In this document: one piece after another, positions 38,596-42,318 of the stretch
How positions within the stretch are numbered: the stretch's first letter is position 1
Layout: the number at the start of each line of letters is the position of its first letter
NCBI GenBank assembly: GCA_016931135.1
Contig: JAFGFK010000279.1
Span: 1-42,318, forward strand
Direction of reading: 5' to 3'
Origin: Candidatus Sumerlaeota bacterium
Lineage (GTDB): Bacteria; Sumerlaeota; Sumerlaeia; MWCT01
Length of the DNA stretch: 42,318 nt
Notes under the pieces: model-generated
What the model was told of the DNA's origin: nothing
Databases searched by the model: none
What the model saw: only the letters and a program-made list of their open reading frames with translations
Position numbers and translations under genes: made by a program

Positions 38596-39165
38596 TTATT
38601 TATGGGAAAAAGTGATGACATCCCCGTCGCTGATGATCCCATTGGTCGGATCGTAGGTTTTATTGATAAGGTATATGGGCAAAACATAATCCAGCGCTTC
38701 TTCCCTTGAATAATCCCCGGTTCCATCGTTGTTTTCATCGGAAGAGCTTGCCAGCAGCATGTATTTTTGTATCAGAATATCCAGATCGGAATCGCCATCA
38801 GGACCCACGCTTATGATAAAGTATTCATATTCCCCGGATGGCTGGTGGTAATAAGCATAATGTTTGATGTTGGACTGTTTGGTAAAGGGATCGCCTGGCA
38901 GGCTCGATATATATGCCGTCGGCGCATTCAGCCGGCTTAATTGCATGGGATAATCGTTGTAATCCATCCGGTAATTCTGAAGCGCTCGGGAAAGCGCCCT
39001 GTGTTCCTCTTTTACGCGTTCCACTTTTGTCCGCACAATGATGAATTTGGAGGAATAAACAAATATCAGGGAGAGAATCAAGGTGAGGGTAAGGACTATC
39101 ATCATTTCAAACAGGGTGATTGCCCGTTTCGCATCGTTACCGCTTTTTGTTAAATTCGGGAGCAT
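38596..39165 (-). CDS. Type IV pilin / GspG-like pseudopilin
   Basis: Class III signal KRA|ITLFEMMIVL with E+5 and a hydrophobic helix, ALQNYRMDYNDYP, GDPF, ISVGPDGD, YDPTNGIISDGDV. Confidence 0.8.
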   Translation of the reverse strand: MLPNLTKSGNDAKRAITLFEMMIVLTLTLILSLIFVYSSKFIIVRTKVERVKEEHRALSRALQNYRMDYNDYPMQLSRLNAPTAYISSLPGDPFTKQSNIKHYAYYHQPSGEYEYFIISVGPDGDSDLDILIQKYMLLASSSDENNDGTGDYSREEALDYVLPIYLINKTYDPTNGIISDGDVITFSHK

Positions 39166-39284
39166 GAATTATACCCATTACTGAATATTTTTAATATATA
39201 TTTATATGTCTTTTTGATTCTGAGTTTCAACAAAAAAATGAAGATTTCCCTGAACCTATTGTCATTTTTCAATCAAGATGCGCC

Positions 39285-40517
39285 CTAATCGAGATATAAA
39301 AGGAACTCTTTTCTTATATTGATGAATCCCTCCAGGCTCTTTTGATACGAGGAGTGAATCTGGGAAACGGTTTCTCCCTTTTTAATCCTCTCAATGACAT
39401 TCCGGCTTCCAATCAGCCCGTAATTGGGGTCCAGTTTGTATGTTTCTGGATATAGTTTGTACAAGGCGCAAAGAATGTGCAATCCCGTATCAACCGGATC
39501 GAAATCCGCGCGATTATTCAATGTAAGCCTCACTCCATGACATTCCTCTCCCTTGAATTTACTTTCCGCCGGAATGAAGTGGCAGGGCGTGAATTGAACC
39601 CCCGCCGGATTTCTCGCCGTTAACTCGGCTGCCAGTTTATCAGCATCGATCCATGGTGCTCCGAACAATTCAAAGGGAGTGTCCGTGCCTCTTCCAACCG
39701 AAACGTTCGACTCTGACGCCTCTGTAAGGGCAACACCCGGATACAGTATCTCCTGCGTTACGCTGCGGATGTTCGGGGAGGGATTGACCCAGGGAAGCTC
39801 CGTTTCATCGAAAAACATCTTCCTTTTCCACCCCTCCATTTTGATTACCTTTAGATTGCATTGAATCCCGTAAAACTCGTTAAACATCCTGGCAAGTTCC
39901 CCTATCGTCATTCCGTGAACGATCGGCAGGTAATGATAGCTGGTGAATCTTCTCAGAAGCTCCTTATCCTGTACAAGACCGGCAACCCGAAGACCTGTTA
40001 TCGGATTGGGACGATCCAGAACCACAAAGTCGATGTTGTTTACAGCCGCTTCTTCCATGCACATTGCCATGGTGGATATATAGGTATAGAAACGCGCCCC
40101 AATATCCTGGATGTCGAATACAAACGTATCGATGTCTTTCATCTGTTCCTTTGTTGGCCTGTAGCTTTCGCCATATAGACTATAGATCATGAGACCCGTT
40201 TTTTCCTCGGTCAAATTATTGACCCGTTCATCCGCCACGCCTTTGAAACCATGTTCCGGCGCAAAAATTGCGCGAATGTCCACATTTTGCGAGGAGGTCA
40301 TTAAATCGAGAATCGATCGCCCCTGAAAATCAACGGCTGAATGATTGGCGATCAAACCTACTTTCTTACCTTTCAGAATGGAAAAATCGTCACGAACGAG
40401 AACATCCAGCCCCGTCAATACGACTGGCTTCTTCGGACTCTCCGGAACGACTTCCACCCTTGCGCACGATACCAGAATAACGAGTAAAAGCAGACTTCCT
40501 ATATGCCATCTTTTCAT
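39285..40517 (-). CDS. namZ: Exo-beta-N-acetylmuramidase NamZ (DUF1343) family lipoprotein
   Basis: Lipobox LVSC, TGLDVL, FAPEHG, FDIQDIGARFYTY, LDRPNP, HGMTIGELA, WVNPSPN, SVGRGTDTPF. Confidence 0.92.
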   Translation of the reverse strand: MKRWHIGSLLLLVILVSCARVEVVPESPKKPVVLTGLDVLVRDDFSILKGKKVGLIANHSAVDFQGRSILDLMTSSQNVDIRAIFAPEHGFKGVADERVNNLTEEKTGLMIYSLYGESYRPTKEQMKDIDTFVFDIQDIGARFYTYISTMAMCMEEAAVNNIDFVVLDRPNPITGLRVAGLVQDKELLRRFTSYHYLPIVHGMTIGELARMFNEFYGIQCNLKVIKMEGWKRKMFFDETELPWVNPSPNIRSVTQEILYPGVALTEASESNVSVGRGTDTPFELFGAPWIDADKLAAELTARNPAGVQFTPCHFIPAESKFKGEECHGVRLTLNNRADFDPVDTGLHILCALYKLYPETYKLDPNYGLIGSRNVIERIKKGETVSQIHSSYQKSLEGFINIRKEFLLYLD

Positions 40518-40544
40518 GTTATGCCCTCCTCCGGCTGTTTCCTT

Positions 40545-41537
40545 TTATGTCAGATTCTTGACTTCTCCAAACGCATTGCATATAATATCCCATGTTTTTT
40601 CAGGATTATCCGGCGCAATGCTTGATATGTGAGAACAGGCGTCAAATCCCCAAACAGCCAGGTTGCGAATGCCGGATTGAACCGCTTCCTTTACCGCAGT
40701 TTGTATCTCTTCCTCTCTTCCTCCCGGCACCTTGAATCCCTGTATCCAGATATGCCCTTCCCTGTTCATTTCCCTGCATACCTTGTTCACCTTCCGGGAA
40801 AAATCCCCCACGTACTGCTTCACTTCCTTTTTCAAGGCGTACCAGTAAGGATCCGTTCCGAAGTTGTCGAGGTTCTCCATGGCTGCGAGCTCCTGAAACC
40901 ATTCATCTTTTACCGTTGATCCGGGCAGAATGCACAGGGAATTCCTGACCCCCAGCTCATGCCCGTAATCGATCATCTCCTGGAGAAAATCGACGATGCT
41001 GCGGTGTTTGAATTCCTTCACCTCTTCCGTTTCTTCCATGGGAAGGGGATGACCGTAGAGTTCTTCGAACCTGACTTTGCAGAATTTGCATCGGCAGCCC
41101 CATGTTCCGGGGCGCCCCCCCATCCATCCGGAGATATAAAAATGAGGTTCATCCCAGAAAAGGTAGTCCGGCTCCGCTGCAACAGCCGTTTCACACCATT
41201 GGCGCATGAATTTGCGGAATTCCGGGTTATTGGGGCACGCAATACCTGCGGGTTTTCCATCGGAAAGTATCTCGCAAACCTCCGGATGCGAGGCGATATA
41301 CTCGGAAAAAGCCTCTCCTCCGAATACCTTTCCTACGCCCCAGGGATCGATCTGAGTCTCGAGCCCCTGATCCCGGCTGATTTTGACGATCTCCTTCATG
41401 GTTTTGGCGTAGAAGTGATAATCATTCTCGCTGAAGGTATGAACGACATAGGTAAAATGTTTATCCACAAGGTATTGCATATCCTTTTGCGCATGGCGCG
41501 GGATGCGGTTTCCAAAATAACTCGATCCGATTTTCAT
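40545..41537 (-). CDS. Hypothetical TIM-barrel glycoside-hydrolase-like protein
   Basis: 330 aa with no signal peptide. SYFG, DPWGVG.VFGGE, ACPNNPEFR, LFWDEPH, GCRCKFC, GTDPYW, IWIQGF. Confidence 0.65.
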   Translation of the reverse strand: MKIGSSYFGNRIPRHAQKDMQYLVDKHFTYVVHTFSENDYHFYAKTMKEIVKISRDQGLETQIDPWGVGKVFGGEAFSEYIASHPEVCEILSDGKPAGIACPNNPEFRKFMRQWCETAVAAEPDYLFWDEPHFYISGWMGGRPGTWGCRCKFCKVRFEELYGHPLPMEETEEVKEFKHRSIVDFLQEMIDYGHELGVRNSLCILPGSTVKDEWFQELAAMENLDNFGTDPYWYALKKEVKQYVGDFSRKVNKVCREMNREGHIWIQGFKVPGGREEEIQTAVKEAVQSGIRNLAVWGFDACSHISSIAPDNPEKTWDIICNAFGEVKNLT

Positions 41538-41679
41538 TTTTTCATCCCCCGAATTTAATAGGAACGATAATTACGATTGACCTTTCCCCCGTCAATGGAA
41601 AACAAAGACGGCATGGATCTTTTTCAATATATCCTGATTTGAAATTTTATTCTTTTGTTTGATCGGGAGGCGTATTTCC

Positions 41680-42006
41680 ATGAATCTCTTTCAATTGCCC
41701 CAGGAAGCCCTGAAGGAAGAATTCTTCGAACCCTTGATGCCGGATTGCGGGATTCTCATTGAAAGGATTATCTCAAAAGGCAATGCATCGCCACCCGGTT
41801 TCTGGTATGATCAGGATCGCGATGAATGGACGGCTCTCCTCCAGGGAAAGGCTAAAATTGCATGGTTCGATGGCAGAACCAGAGACCTTGTCCCCGGAGA
41901 CTGGCTTTTTATCCCCGCTCATGAAAAACATCGCGTCGAATGGACTTCCACCGATCCCCCCTGCATCTGGCTTGCCGTTCATGGAAAATTGCGGAATGAT
42001 GAATGA
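41680..42006 (+). CDS. Cupin-domain protein
   Basis: GGGAGG RBS, IERIISKG.ASPPGFWYDQDRDEW, L.PGD...IPAHEKHRVEWT. Confidence 0.88.
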   Translation: MNLFQLPQEALKEEFFEPLMPDCGILIERIISKGNASPPGFWYDQDRDEWTALLQGKAKIAWFDGRTRDLVPGDWLFIPAHEKHRVEWTSTDPPCIWLAVHGKLRNDE

Positions 42007-42079
42007 AGAATGCGCCCTCCTTCGTTAAACCCGAGGTTTAACTACGGAGGGGAAAAATGCGGAATGCGGAATACGGAGT
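41991..42079 (+). repeat. Heptamer tandem repeats (GxxGAAT) flanking a stem-loop
   Basis: gcggaat-gatgaat-gaagaat (41991-42011), hairpin ccctcc-ttc-gttaaacc-cga-ggtttaac-tac-ggaggg (42015-42051), gcggaat-gcggaat-acggagt (42059-42079). Confidence 0.7.
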
Positions 42080-42200
42080 GTATTAAATAACAATTCCACA
42101 CTTTAAATCCCGCCGATGTCGGGACTTCGTCCTCACGCTTTCAGCGTGATTCCTCAGAATAACTATCCTGCCTTCTTATTTTTATATTTGAATTCCTTAC

Positions 42201-42228
42201 TTCAAACTTTTAACTTCAAACTTCAAAC
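42201..42228. repeat. Heptamer tandem repeat (TTCAAAC)
   Basis: ttcaaac-ttttaac-ttcaaac-ttcaaac directly downstream of a minus-strand stop codon. Confidence 0.65.
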
Positions 42229-42231
42229 TTT

Positions 42232-42318
42232 CTATTTCCCCTGCGACGCCCAGTAATCATCCAGGATCAACTGCCCCTTTTCCTGCATCCTTTTCACGGC
42301 GACATCCACAGCGCGAAA
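42232..42318 (-). CDS. 3' end of a gene running in from beyond the window, possibly a solute-binding protein
   Basis: Open frame FRAVDVAVKRMQEKGQLILDDYWASQGK* reading as an amphipathic helix. Only 28 aa are visible, so the product is a guess. Confidence 0.45.
   Translation of the reverse strand, partial: FRAVDVAVKRMQEKGQLILDDYWASQGK

Noticed and set aside
41991-42228. CRISPR array
   Set aside because: The repeats are 7 nt with no spacers, and there are no cas genes.

Overview
Gene-dense bacterial chromosomal window of moderate GC, diderm-type, with about 27 genes. I found no rRNA, tRNA, CRISPR array or mobile element. Two features resemble Candidatus Sumerlaeota (BRC1), from my recollection and not verified: a pilin ending YDPTNG..S.GD, and secreted proteins ending W-x-x-[YF]. 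Envelope and glycan genes include a NAGPA-type glycosidase, GT-C, GT2 and GT4 transferases with a radical SAM enzyme, an O-antigen-ligase-family protein, a DUF374 acyltransferase and NamZ. Housekeeping genes include a ROK kinase, thiD, HU, a PHP hydrolase, sugar ABC permeases and a TIGR03960/TIGR03936 radical SAM fusion, plus two receiver-only regulators. The best candidate for an undescribed system is the 12.8-kb gene pair at 9170-21982. The first gene encodes a single-pass membrane protein: exported lectin-like and two SPOR-like domains, an acidic cytoplasmic linker, and a second lectin-like domain. The second encodes a 3090-aa protein in which a DnaG-type CHC2 zinc finger is fused to roughly 50 strict 54-aa TPR-like repeats, with no primase catalytic domain. 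Together they may form a cell-wall-to-DNA scaffold. Also notable are a signal peptidase I homologue lacking its catalytic residues, a pilin tightly coupled to a transglutaminase, and a possible C-terminal W-x-x-[YF] sorting signal. All family calls come from reading motifs by eye, with no database searches.
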